From the NCBI GenBank assembly GCA_963819585.1, contig CAWFWP010000015.1, positions 20,886-84,885 on the forward strand: a DNA stretch of 64,000 nucleotides. The letters are read 5' to 3'. This DNA comes from an uncultured Alphaproteobacteria bacterium (lineage in GTDB: Bacteria; Pseudomonadota; Alphaproteobacteria; Rhodobacterales; Rhodobacteraceae). The first letter of the stretch is position 1. Each line of letters opens with the position of its first letter. The notes beneath the pieces were generated by a model that had not been told where the DNA came from, searched no databases, and worked only from the letters and a program-made list of their open reading frames with translations. Made by a program: the position numbers and the translations under genes. Positions 1 through 10,271 of this stretch are shown here, in pieces.

Positions 1-834
1 CCCCCGACGGCAACGGCGAAACCCGCAGCATATCCGGCACGCCGCTTGATGACATGCTCTTCGGCGGCGATGCCGACGACGACATCGGCGGGCTTGACGG
101 TGACGACCAGCTTGCCGGTGACGCGGGCGACGACAGCATCGGCGGCGATGACGGCGATGACCTGCTGCTTGGCGGCGCGGGCGATGACCGTCTGAACGGC
201 GGCAGCGGCACCGACACGCTGGCGGGCGACGAAGGCCGCGACACGCTCGATGGCGGCGACGGCGGCGACTTCGCTGTCCGGCGGCGCGGGCGACGATGTC
301 CTGACAGGCGCTGCCGGTGACGACAGCCTGACCGGCGGCGCGGGCCATGATGCGCTCGATGGTGGAGGCGGCGCAGACGTCCTCCAGGGCTGGGACGGTG
401 ACGACACCATGACGGGCGGCGAAGGGTCCGACACGCTGATGGGCGGGCGCGGCAACGACCACCTCGACGGCGGAACCGACGCCGACCCCGACTTCCTGAA
501 CGGGGGCGAAGGTTACGACACGCTCACCGGCGGTGCCGGTGACATCCTTTCCGGCGGCACCGGGGCTGACAGCTTCTCACTGTCCGACTGGCTCGACGAA
601 AATCACCCGCCCGCCGCCCTGACCGACTTTGACGCCGGTCAGGACACGCTTTGCATTGTCTACGACCCCGCAGCCCACCCTGACCCTGAACTCACCCTCG
701 CCGCTTCCAGCGACGATCCTGCCATCAGCCATCTGATGCTCGACGGGCACATCGTCGCCATCCTGCCGGCAGGGTCCGGCCTTGACCCGACCGCAATCCT
801 GCTGATGCCCGCACCGCAGCAACAGGCCGCATAG
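1..834 (+). CDS. RTX-type calcium-binding repeat protein (hemolysin-type GGXGXD nonapeptide repeats), 5'-partial; apparent frameshift near 265-275
   Basis: Translation from base 3 gives [12 protein letters not shown]... with tandem GGxGxDxL repeats. The reading frame switches between ORF 54..320 and ORF 250..834. The C-terminal non-repeat domain ends at 834. Confidence 0.75.
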
Positions 835-998
835 CCGCACAGGCCCCCCAAAATGCACCGGACTCTCGGCACTTCCCTTCCGCCGCCATATCCCCTATAC
901 GCCCGCATCCCCGGGAAATCCGGGGACACAGACTCATGGGCCCTGCTGGACGACATCCCGGCCTGCGCCGTCACCCTGATCCCGAAAGGAGAAGCCCG

Positions 999-1268
999 AT
1001 GTCGATCACTGTCGAAGAAAAGACCCGCGTGATGACCGAATTCGCCACCAAGCCCGGCGACACCGGTTCGCCCGAGGTCCAGGTCGCGATCCTGTCCTCG
1101 CGCATCGCCACCCTGACCGAGCATTTCAAGGCCCACGTCAAGGACAACCATTCCCGCCGCGGACTTCTGATGATGGTCGCCCAGCGCCGCAAGCTGCTGG
1201 ACTATCTGAAGAAGAAGGACGAAGCGCGGTATAACACGCTGATCGAAAAGCTCGGCCTGCGCCGGTAA
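999..1268 (+). CDS. rpsO: 30S ribosomal protein S15
   Basis: [72 protein letters not shown]... is canonical S15, 89 aa. There is an AAGGAG RBS upstream of the ATG at 999. Confidence 0.95.
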   Translation: MSITVEEKTRVMTEFATKPGDTGSPEVQVAILSSRIATLTEHFKAHVKDNHSRRGLLMMVAQRRKLLDYLKKKDEARYNTLIEKLGLRR

Positions 1269-1286
1269 GCGCCATTCGACTCAGAT

Positions 1287-1323
1287 AATGCGTATGGGCC
1301 GCATCAGCGGCCCATACGCATTT
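1287..1323 (+). terminator. Hairpin downstream of rpsO (AATGCGTATGGGCCGC-loop-GCGGCCCATACGCATTT)
   Basis: A perfect 16-bp inverted repeat sits right after the rpsO stop. The T-run that follows is short (TTT). Confidence 0.55.
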
Positions 1324-1364
1324 GAATGCCGTGGCTAGCGACAGGTACCATTGGTCGCCTGCAG

Positions 1365-1643
1365 TCAGTTGGTTGCCGTCAGCGGGTCGATAATCTGCGG
1401 CACTTCCGTGATCATCGTGACCGGGATGCCGCTCAGGTCTGAATGCTTGCGGATTTCTTCCTCGCTTTCGGCGAGATAGATGCAGAATGTCTTTCCGGCC
1501 GCGACGTAGGAATGCTGCCACTGGATGGCGGGCCCGATCGTTGCCAGCGCCTTGTTCGAAGCACGCGCCGCACCGCAAAGCTCGGTGATGGAAAAGTCGC
1601 CGATGCCCGGAATTTCACGTTCAATCATGAAGCGTTTCAACAT
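1365..1643 (-). CDS. DUF4242 family small protein
   Basis: MLKRFMIEREIPGIGDFSITELCGAARASNKALATIGPAIQWQHSYVAAGKTFCIYLAESEEEIRKHSDLSGIPVTMITEVPQIIDP resembles the DUF4242 pattern (ERxxPG...IQWxxSYV...CxYxAxxEEAIRxH). Confidence 0.65.
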   Translation of the reverse strand: MLKRFMIEREIPGIGDFSITELCGAARASNKALATIGPAIQWQHSYVAAGKTFCIYLAESEEEIRKHSDLSGIPVTMITEVPQIIDPLTATN

Positions 1644-1794
1644 CTGTTGGTCCCCTCTCATTAGCAGATTGCCATCGTGCGGATAGCGTGCGCCCCGTCA
1701 GGGAAATCGCGAAGCGCGATTTTCTTGCATGAATGAAAGGTGAGCTTTAGTAACTCTCAAGAAGGCAGCGTCCGATAAAGGTTATCTTTCACAT

Positions 1795-2724
1795 ATGACC
1801 CGTGTCACTCACCTCAAGTCGCTTCAGGCGCTGGAGATGACCGTCCGCGAAGGGTCTCTGACGGCAGCAGCGAAGCGGCTCGGGATCACCCCGGCGGCAG
1901 TCGGGCAGCGGCTTCGCACGCTGGAAAACTACCTCGGCACCGACCTGCTGATGCGCGGTCGTTCGGGCCTGATACCTGCGCCCGATCTTGACCGCGCGAT
2001 GCCCGACCTTCGGGCGGCCTTCGCGGCACTTGATCGCGTGACCGAGACGCTCGATTTCCAGCGCACCGCCGAGATTCACATCGTGTCAGAGCGCGACTGG
2101 AGCGACCTCTGGATGATGCCACGTCTTCAGCGCTTTCGCGAAGCTTACCCTCATGTCCTGTTCTGCCTCGACGGCATGGGCGACGTTCCGGTGCGCCTCG
2201 GTGCGCCCGATATCCGCGTCTCGTCTGCGGGCGGGCCGGGCGAGCCCCTCTTCCGTGAGATGTTTCTTCCGGTTTCGGGACCCGACAACACCCGCCGAAT
2301 CGCCGGCTACGACAAAGACAACACGATGGAGGGGATGCCGATTCTCCACGTCAAGTCGCATAGCCGCACCGATGGCCCGCCAGGATGGGTCCGTTGGTTC
2401 GAAGCCTTTGGCTTGCGCCGCGAAGGGCCCGACCGTGGCGTCCGATATGACAGCACCTCCAATGCGCTCGAGGCGGTGCGGCAGGATGTGGGGTTCCTCG
2501 TCTGTGGGCTTTCCTTCGTGCTGGACGACATTGATGCGGGCCGGATCGAGCTGCCCTTCCGGACCGACATGCACCTTGCCGCCCCGCACCCCTACTGCAT
2601 GACAGTCCGCCAAGGTGCAGCGAACCACCCGCAACTCGCGCGCTTTCTGGACTTCCTTCGTGCCGAAGCTGCGGAAACCGAACGTCGGATGCGCCAGGTC
2701 GTTGCGGCTTCCAAATCCAGTTGA
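1795..2724 (+). CDS. LysR-family transcriptional regulator
   Basis: There is an N-terminal HTH (LKSLQALEMTVREGSLTAAAKRLGITPAAVGQRLRTLE) followed by a LysR substrate-binding domain; 309 aa. Confidence 0.85.
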   Translation: MTRVTHLKSLQALEMTVREGSLTAAAKRLGITPAAVGQRLRTLENYLGTDLLMRGRSGLIPAPDLDRAMPDLRAAFAALDRVTETLDFQRTAEIHIVSERDWSDLWMMPRLQRFREAYPHVLFCLDGMGDVPVRLGAPDIRVSSAGGPGEPLFREMFLPVSGPDNTRRIAGYDKDNTMEGMPILHVKSHSRTDGPPGWVRWFEAFGLRREGPDRGVRYDSTSNALEAVRQDVGFLVCGLSFVLDDIDAGRIELPFRTDMHLAAPHPYCMTVRQGAANHPQLARFLDFLRAEAAETERRMRQVVAASKSS

Positions 2725-2907
2725 CCGACCCGCCGGGCATTGCGGCTGTGTTGCCTGTTTCCAAAACACAGGCATTCCTATATGGGGACGCAATCTGCGA
2801 CGTGAGGCCATGCCCCCGGCCACATGCGACAGGATACGGGGGGCGGCGGCAATGGGGCCGCCAGACATGAGGGACAGGGCCAGGGGGTCCGTCCCAGAGG
2901 AAACCAG

Positions 2908-5050
2908 ATGTTCAATGTGACCAAGAAATCAATCCAGTGGGGCCTTGAAACGCTCACTCTGGAAACCGGAAAAATTGCGCGGCAGGCCGATGGGTCGGTC
3001 GTCGCCACGCTGGGCGAAACCAGCGTCATGGCCAACGTGACCTACGCGCGGCAGCCGAAGCCGGGGCAGGACTTCTTCCCGCTGACCGTGCACTACCAGG
3101 AAAAAACCTATGCTGCGGGCAAGATCCCGGGCGGCTTCTTCAAGCGCGAAGGGCGTCCTTCCGAAAAGGAAACGCTGACCTCGCGCCTGATCGACCGTCC
3201 GATCCGCCCGCTGTTCGTCGAGGGCTTCAAGAACGAAGTGCTGATCATCTGCACCGTTCTGTCGCATGACCTCGTCAACGATCCCGACATCGTCGCGATG
3301 ATCGCGACATCCGCTGCGCTGACGATTTCGGGCGTGCCCTTCATGGGCCCGATCGCCGCCGCGCGTGTCGGCTTCGCGAACGGTGCCTATGTGCTGAACC
3401 CCGAAGTGGCCGACATGGACCAGCTGCGGAACAACCCGGAACAGCGTCTGGACCTGGTCGTCGCGGGCACCAAGGACGCCGTGATGATGGTGGAATCGGA
3501 AGCCTATGAACTGACCGAGGAAGAAATGCTGGGCGCGGTCGTCTTCGGCCACGAGCAGATGCAGCCGGTCATCGACCTGATCATCGACTTCGCCGAAGAC
3601 GCCGCAAAGGAGCCGATGGATTTCCAGCCGGCGGACTATTCCAAGCTCTACGCCAAGGTGAAGAAGTCGGGCGAAAAGCAGATGCGCGCTGCCTTCGCGA
3701 TCCGCGACAAGCAGGAGCGGACCAACGCGATTTCGGCGGCTGCCGCCACCATCGTCGCATCGCTGACCGAGGAAGAGCAGAAGGACGCGAACCTGGGTTC
3801 GTCGATCAAGAAGCTGGAATCCTCGATCCTGCGCGGCGATGTGGTCAAGTCGGGCACCCGGATTGACGGACGTGACACCAAGACGGTGCGCCCGATCGTC
3901 AGCGAAGTCGGCATTCTGCCGCGCACGCACGGATCGGCGCTGTTCACGCGTGGCGAGACCCAGGGCCTGGTCGTCACCACGCTGGGAACCGGCGAGGATG
4001 AGCAGATCATCGACGCGCTGCACGGCAATTTCCGGTCGAACTTCCTTCTGCACTACAACTTCCCGCCCTATTCGGTCGGCGAAGTCGGCCGCTTCGGCCC
4101 GCCCGGCCGCCGCGAGATCGGCCACGGCAAACTCGCATGGCGTGCGCTGCAGGCCGTCCTGCCGCGCCGCGACGGACTTCCCCTACACGATCCGTCTGGT
4201 GTCCGAGATCACGGAATCGAACGGATCGTCCTCGATGGCCACGGTCTGCGGATCGTCGCTGTCGATGATGGACGCAGGCGTGCCGCTGAAGGCCCCGGTC
4301 GCGGGCGTGGCGATGGGCCTGATCCTGGAAGATGACGGCAAGTATGCGGTCCTGACCGACATCCTGGGCGACGAGGATCACCTCGGCGACATGGACTTCA
4401 AGGTCGCGGGAACGGCGAACGGCATCACGTCGCTGCAGATGGACATCAAGATCGCAGGCATCACGCCCGCAATCATGAAGCAGGCACTGGCGCAGGCCAA
4501 GGACGGACGCCTGCACATCCTCGGCGAAATGGCCAAGGCGCTGACCGAAGGCCGTCACGAATTCTCGGCGCACGCGCCGAGGATCGAGACGATGACGATC
4601 CCGACCGACAAGATCCGCGAAGTGATCGGGTCGGGCGGCAAGGTGATCCGCGAGATCGTCGAAGTGTCCGGTGCCAAGGTCGATATCAACGACGACGGCG
4701 TCATCAAGATCGCGTCGGCCAACGCCGACTCGATCAAGAAGGCCTTCGACATGATCTATTCGATCGTGGCCGAGCCGGAAGAGGGCAAGGTCTACACCGG
4801 CAAGGTCGTCAAGCTGGTCGATTTCGGCGCCTTCGTGAACTTCTTCGGCAAGCGCGACGGTCTGGTGCATGTCAGCCAGATCGCCAACAAGCGTATCCAG
4901 CACCCGAACGAGTATCTGAAGGAAGGCCAGGAGGTGAAGGTCAAGCTTCTGGGCTTCGACGAGCGCGGCAAGGTCCGGCTCGGCATGAAGATGGTCGATC
5001 AGGAGACCGGGGCCGAGATCGTCGAGAAAAAGGAACAGGCGGACGCGTGA
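2908..5050 (+). CDS. pnp: Polynucleotide phosphorylase; one apparent +1 frameshift near 4165-4175
   Basis: [47 protein letters not shown]... continues through the RNase PH, KH and S1 domains and ends ...[18 protein letters not shown]. The frame shifts between [13 protein letters not shown] and [25 protein letters not shown], where ccgcgccgcgacg carries an extra C. Confidence 0.9.
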
Positions 5051-5206
5051 TCGGGTTCCGCCGACCCCACTACACAGATTGCGGCCCGGGGCGAACCATC
5101 GCTCCGGGCCGTTCTCATTCCGCGTCGCCGGGAAGGGCTGCCCGCTTGTCCCCTGCCCGCCCGCCCGCTATGACGCCCCGCAGGCGCACTCCGGCGGGGC
5201 ACGTGA

Positions 5207-5911
5207 ATGGACTACATCTACATCGATCCGCCGAAACCGACGCTGGCGCGCTGGCGGCGGCTTTACCGCGACTTCCCGGGCAACTCCGATCTGCGCGCGA
5301 TGGAGTACGAGACGCTGTCCGCAATGCCGCTGACCGGCCGCGTGCTGGATGTCGGTGGCGGGCGCAAGGCGCGGTACATGCCCGTATCTGCCCGAAGGGA
5401 TCGACGCTCGAATTGGTGAACATCGATACCTGCCATCGACCCGACCCACATCATCGAGCCGGGCCAGCCCTTTCCGCTTCCGGACGACGGCTTCGATGCA
5501 GCGATCTGCCTGAACACGCTTGAACACGTCTATGACGGCCTTGCTGTTCTGCGAGAGATTCACCGCGTCCTGAAACCCGGCGGCACGGTCTACGTCACCG
5601 TGCCCTTCATCTTCCGCATCCACGCACACCCGGACGACTATTTCCGCGCGACCCCCAGCTGGTGGCGGGAAACGTTTGACCGCGCGGGCTTTGCCAGCCT
5701 GTCCTTGAAACCCCTGATCTGGGGCCGGCGCGCCACCGCGTTCAGCATCTCCGGCGGCATCGGACCGGCCCGGCGGCTGAATTTCCACGCGGCGCATTTC
5801 TTCGACTGGCTCTACGCGCGCCTCACGATCCGCGGTTCCACCTATTCCGGCAAACGCGGCGAACGCATCTGCGCCGTGTCTTCCGGCTGGTTCCTGACCG
5901 GTGTCAAATGA
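5207..5911 (+). CDS. Class I SAM-dependent methyltransferase (type-11-like); two closely spaced compensating frameshifts at about 5385 and 5427
   Basis: Motif I VLDVGGG is present, then STLELVNID is read in the neighbouring frame, then PAIDPTHIIEPGQPFPLPDDGFDAAICLNTLEHVYDGLAVLREIHRVLKPGGTVYVTVPFIF. Confidence 0.65.
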
Positions 5912-5951
5912 TACCCTGGGCATCACCGCCGACAGTGCCGGGAACAAGCAA

Positions 5952-6671
5952 GTGACCCAGAAGCCAGTCTTGCGCACGTTCAATCTGGCCCTGCACCGGC
6001 TCCTCAACACCCAGGTCGCGCGGATCGGCACCGTCCGTCTGAACACTGAACCCTGACCGACATTCCACGCGCCCGCTGCGCACAGCCATCTTCAAAGGTC
6101 TTTACGAACTGCCCGAACGGCAGCTGGTCGAAGCGTCCGTGCGGCAGGGGCGACCGCGTGCTGGAAATCGGCTCCGGGCTCGGCTTCATCAGCATCCTCT
6201 GTTCGCAGCGCGCGGGCGAAGGTCTTGTCCTGTCCTACGAGGCGAACCCTGCCCTGCAAACGGCCATCGAGGGCAACTACCGTCTGAACGGCCTGACCCC
6301 GAACCTGAGGATGCGGGCCGTGACGGTGGAAGGTCAGCCGATCAGCTTTTTCCAGAATGCTAATGTCATCTCCTCCTCGCTGCTTGACCGGGAAAACGAC
6401 GCCCGGAAAATCACCGTCGAAAGCGACCCGATCAACGGCGTGATCGCCGTGCACAGCCCGGATGTCATCGTCATGGATGTCGAAGGGGCAGAGGTTGATC
6501 TTCTGGAGGCCGCCGACCTGTCAGGCGTTCGCGCCATCGTGGTCGAGACGCATGAGCATATCGTCGGTGCGGACAAGATCGCCGCAATGATCACGGCGCT
6601 TGCTGCCAAGGGGCTTCGTTGTTCGGCAGACGATCCACAAGAACGTCCTTCTGATGCGTCAGGGGATATGA
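5952..6671 (+). CDS. FkbM-family methyltransferase; frameshifts near 6050 and 6150, ends uncertain
   Basis: ...IFKGLYELPERQLVEASVRQG is followed after a frame shift by DRVLEIGSGLGFISILCS...NYRLNGLTPNLRMRAVTVEG...MDVEGAEVDLL...IVVETHEH. Start and stop were inferred by stitching frames. Confidence 0.5.
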
Positions 6672-6677
6672 CAGGCC

Positions 6678-7437
6678 ATGTGGCCGGCGTTTGTCATCAA
6701 TCTCGCCCGCAACACCGTCCGGATGGAGAACGCCGCGAGGTCCCTGACGGCGCAGGGCATCCCTTTCGCCCGTCTCGACGCGGTGAACGGCTTCAACCTG
6801 ACGCCGGACGAGGTTGCGCGCGTTTATGACGCGGACGCCAACCGTAGGCGCGGCCGCGCGCCGCTCGTCGGGGCCGAGATCGGCTGCTACCTGTCGCACA
6901 TCGAGGCCTGGCGGCAGATCGCGGCGGGCGACGCACCGGGCGGATTTCATCTTCGAAGATGACTTCGACGCGGGCCCCGATCTGGCAGAGGTGCTGCGCC
7001 TTCTGTCGGACGATGGCGGGCGCGACTGGGACATGGTCAAGCTGTTCTCCTTCGATGCCGATCCGGCCCGGCCATCGCCGACCGCGCGCTCGGGCACGGC
7101 GCACAGGATCGTCATCCCCGACCGCGTGCCGACCTGCCTGATCGGCTATGGCGTGACCCGAGCGGCGGCAGCACATCTCGCAGCGCGGGCGATCCCGTTC
7201 TTCCGCCCTGTGGACGAGGATCAGAAGTTCTTCTGGGAAACCGGGATGCGCAACGCGCTGGTGCTACCGCCCCCGGTCCGCGTCGGCGACCAGCAGACTG
7301 TGACGGGCACGATCGGCGTCGCACGCCGCACCGCCGCGAAAGCCATCCCACGCCGGCCGTTCCACACCCTGCGCTATCAGATCGGCTATCGGATGGCGCT
7401 CGCCCGCGCGAACCGCAACCGCCGGCGCGGATCATGA
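6678..7437 (+). CDS. Glycosyltransferase family 25 (LPS/LOS biosynthesis); frameshift near 6940
   Basis: MWPAFVINLARNTVRMENAARSLTAQGIPFARLDAVNG...GAEIGCYLSHIEAWRQIAAGDAP then shifts frame into ADFIFEDDFDAGPDLAEVLRLL... Confidence 0.7.
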
Positions 7438-8504
7438 CCGGGTCACCCGCGCCCGCCCGGCCGCCGCGCGTCCTGCACATGCATTTCGGCAAGGACGGCG
7501 GGGCGGAACGCTTCTTCGTGAACCTTGTCGCGGCCCTCGGACGGCGCGGGGTCGAGCAGCGCTTCGTCGTGCGGCCCGACCGCATCTGGAAGGGCGAGAT
7601 CGAACCCTACGGAACCCTTATCGAAAACCACTATCGCCGTTTGTCACTCAGCGCGCCGATGCTGGAATGGCGGGTCCGCTGGCTCTGCAACCGCTGGAAA
7701 CCCGACGCCGTGATGGCCTGGATGCCCCGCGCCGCGCGGCTGATGCCGAAAGTCGCGGGGCCCGTCCGCATCGCGCGGATGGGCGACTTCCCCCGGCACC
7801 TCGACCACTTCGGCAATTGCGACGTGCTGGTCGGCAACCTGCCCGGCATCGGCGACCGCTGCCGCGAACTGGGCTGGACGAAACCCGCGATCACCATCTC
7901 GAACTTCCCGCGCGCAGTGACACCCATCCCGGTCGCGCGCGACACGCTGGACACGCCCGCCGATGCCTTCCTGCTGGTCGCGGGCGGGCGTTTTGTGCCG
8001 CGCAAAGGGATGGACCTCGCGATCCGCGCCGCCGCCCGCATCCCCGGGGCCTGGCTCTGGCTGATCGGCGACGGCGAAAAGCGCGCCGAGCTTGAGACGC
8101 TGGCAGCCGAGACCGGGATGACCGACCGGCTGCGGTGGGTCGGCTGGGTCAAGGAACCGATCCACTATCTTGCCGCTGCGGATGTCTTCCTGATGCCTTC
8201 GCGCCATGAACCCCTCGGCAACATGCTGCTTGAAGCCTGGCAGGCAGGCGTGCCTTCGGTCTCGACCCGGTCCGAAGGCCCGGACTGGTACATGCGCGAC
8301 GGGGTGGACGGGATCGTGACGCCGATTGACGACGTGGACGCGATGGTCGCCGCAGTGGAACGCCTGCGCGCCGATCCGGCACTGGGCCGGACGTTCGCCG
8401 CCAACGCGCGCGACCGTCTGGCAGCGATGTTCAGCGAAAAGGGCGTCGTCGATGCCTATCTTCGGCTCTTCTCCGGCGACCTGACCGACCCTGCCCGGCG
8501 ATGA
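7434..8504 (+). CDS. Glycosyltransferase family 4 (GT1 fold, group 1)
   Basis: 356 aa with EPLGNMLLEAWQAGVPSVSTRSEGPDWYMRDGVDGIV (the E-X7-E region). It overlaps its neighbours in ATGA fashion. Confidence 0.85.
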   Translation: MTGSPAPARPPRVLHMHFGKDGGAERFFVNLVAALGRRGVEQRFVVRPDRIWKGEIEPYGTLIENHYRRLSLSAPMLEWRVRWLCNRWKPDAVMAWMPRAARLMPKVAGPVRIARMGDFPRHLDHFGNCDVLVGNLPGIGDRCRELGWTKPAITISNFPRAVTPIPVARDTLDTPADAFLLVAGGRFVPRKGMDLAIRAAARIPGAWLWLIGDGEKRAELETLAAETGMTDRLRWVGWVKEPIHYLAAADVFLMPSRHEPLGNMLLEAWQAGVPSVSTRSEGPDWYMRDGVDGIVTPIDDVDAMVAAVERLRADPALGRTFAANARDRLAAMFSEKGVVDAYLRLFSGDLTDPARR

Positions 8505-9280
8505 GGGCTTTCGTCATCAACCTCGACCGCGCGGCGGATCGGCTGGCGTTCCAGATGGCGCAACTCGACCGTCTTGGCATCCCATGGGACCGCTTCCCTG
8601 CGATCACGCCCGCTACACTGTCGCCTCCATCCGACCACCCGCAATGGCAGCGCTGGCAGAGACCCTTGAGCAGCGCCGAAAAAGCTGCCTCTGCCTCGCA
8701 CCGTGCGGTGTGGGAGATCATCGCCCAGGGTACTGTCCCGGCATTGGTGCTGGAGGACGACGCGCTGCTTATGCCCGGCGTCCCCGCGCTCCTGCCAGGT
8801 CTTGAAGCCGCCACGGGACTCGACCATGTCACGCTGGAAACCCGCGGCCGCGCCAAGCTGATCGGCCAGCCGCATCCCGGTCTGCCGCTGGTCCGTCTCT
8901 GGCAGGATTACACCGGTGCAGCAGCCTATGTTCTCTGGCCATCCGGTGCACGCAAACTCATCGCAAGGGCAGATCGCAGCGCCGGGATCGCCGATGCGAT
9001 CATCTGCGCCGCCTATGACATGGCGTCGTGGCAGGCCGACCCCGCACTCGCCATACAGATCGACCAGTGCGCGACGCATGGGATCGCCGCGCCGATACCG
9101 GTCTCCACCAGCATCGGGCGCATCGACCGCAGCATCTATGACGGCCTCACCCGCCCCGCCTACCGCGCCTTCCGCCGCCGCCGGATCGCCGCGCAGGTCC
9201 GCATGGGGGTCCGGCGGATGGCGCATCTGTTTACCGCCTCGCGCCGGGTCGTACCGTTGTCCGGCAACCGGCCCGGCTGA
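8501..9280 (+). CDS. Glycosyltransferase family 25 (second copy)
   Basis: MRAFVINLDRAADRLAFQMAQLDRLGIPWDRFPAI...LEDDALL, 259 aa. The start overlaps the previous stop (ATGA). Confidence 0.8.
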   Translation: MRAFVINLDRAADRLAFQMAQLDRLGIPWDRFPAITPATLSPPSDHPQWQRWQRPLSSAEKAASASHRAVWEIIAQGTVPALVLEDDALLMPGVPALLPGLEAATGLDHVTLETRGRAKLIGQPHPGLPLVRLWQDYTGAAAYVLWPSGARKLIARADRSAGIADAIICAAYDMASWQADPALAIQIDQCATHGIAAPIPVSTSIGRIDRSIYDGLTRPAYRAFRRRRIAAQVRMGVRRMAHLFTASRRVVPLSGNRPG

Positions 9281-9284
9281 CCCC

Positions 9285-9938
9285 CTACCCCGGCACCTTG
9301 GTATACCGCAGATACGGCAGCACTGTCCGGAACGCCCCGAACTTCGCCGTAGCGTCCGCGTCGTTGACGGACGCCGGAATGATCACGTCCTGCCCGACCT
9401 CCCAGTTCGCCGGTGTCGCGACTCCCTTGCTCGTCGAGGTCTGAAGCGCGTCCAGCGCGCGCAGCACTTCCGCAAAGTTCCGCCCGACCGTCATCGGATA
9501 CACCATGCTCAGCTTCAGCTTCTTGTCCGGCCCGATGATATAGACCGCCCGCACCGTCGCCGTGTCGTTCGGCGTCCGGCCGTCCGGCAGCACCGCCTCG
9601 GCCGGCAGCATGTCGAAGGCCTTGGCGATCTCCAGCCCGCTGTCCGCCAGGATCGGGAACCCCGGCGCGGCACCGCCCGCTGTTTCGATGTCGGCTTTCC
9701 AGCGCTTGTGCTCGGCCACGCCGTCCACCGAAATGCCGATCACCTTCGTGCCACGCTTCTTCCACTCCGCGTCCAGCCGCGCCACCGCGCCGAATTCCGT
9801 CGTGCAGACCGGCGTGAAATCCTTCGGGTGGCTGAACAGGATCGCCCAGCTGTCGCCGATCCAGTCATGGAACCGGATCGTGCCCTGATCCGTCTCGGCC
9901 GTGAAGTCGGGAACCGTATCGTTGATGCGCAGGCTCAT
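9285..9938 (-). CDS. 1-Cys peroxiredoxin (Prx6-like, AhpC/TSA family)
   Basis: MSLRINDTVPDFTAETDQGTIRFHDWIGDSWAILFSHPKDFTPVCTTEFG... shows the FTPVCTTE peroxidatic-cysteine motif. Confidence 0.9.
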   Translation of the reverse strand: MSLRINDTVPDFTAETDQGTIRFHDWIGDSWAILFSHPKDFTPVCTTEFGAVARLDAEWKKRGTKVIGISVDGVAEHKRWKADIETAGGAAPGFPILADSGLEIAKAFDMLPAEAVLPDGRTPNDTATVRAVYIIGPDKKLKLSMVYPMTVGRNFAEVLRALDALQTSTSKGVATPANWEVGQDVIIPASVNDADATAKFGAFRTVLPYLRYTKVPG

Positions 9939-10060
9939 CACCCTGTCTCCTTTGCATAGGGAATCCTAAGGTTAAATCTAGTCGAAGCGGAACAAAGTTT
10001 CATCCCCAAAGCCCTGCAGCCCGCAAATCAGGACATGTTCTTTGCCCACGGCTCCCGAAC

Positions 10061-10075
10061 CGGAACAATGTTCCG
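10061..10075. promoter_or_regulatory. Perfect palindrome CGGAACA-A-TGTTCCG in the prx/aldh intergenic region
   Basis: 7-1-7 inverted repeat; candidate operator, regulator unknown. Confidence 0.3.
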
Positions 10076-10271
10076 TCGCCCACTAATTCTGTCGCTCTGC
10101 CCGTCCGCCCGCGCCGCTCGCGGATGGTCGGTTCGTCTAACCTTACCTTTCCGGCAGAATGACGAACTGGGCGGACAGAACGTCGCGTCTATTTGCGACA
10201 TTCCCGGTCGCCCTGCGCTTGCCCCCGGCAGGTCCCGATGAGACAACGGGTCAGCAGTTCCGGAGGTTCCC

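Noticed and set aside
2929-4125. Long antisense ORFs opposite pnp, clpB, mttB and other genes (for example 2929..4125 -, 12369..14645 -, 21530..23002 +, 22662..24218 +, 42069..43616 +, 46964..48418 +)
   Set aside because: They are typical high-GC shadow ORFs that lie entirely within strongly conserved genes on the other strand. Their translations are low-complexity and Arg/Gly/Pro-rich.
10061-10075. Cheo-box (Gram-positive LexA) identity of the CGGAACAATGTTCCG palindrome
   Set aside because: The spacing is GAAC-N3-GTTC, not GAAC-N4-GTTC, and the organism is an alphaproteobacterium whose LexA box is GTTC-N7-GTTC.
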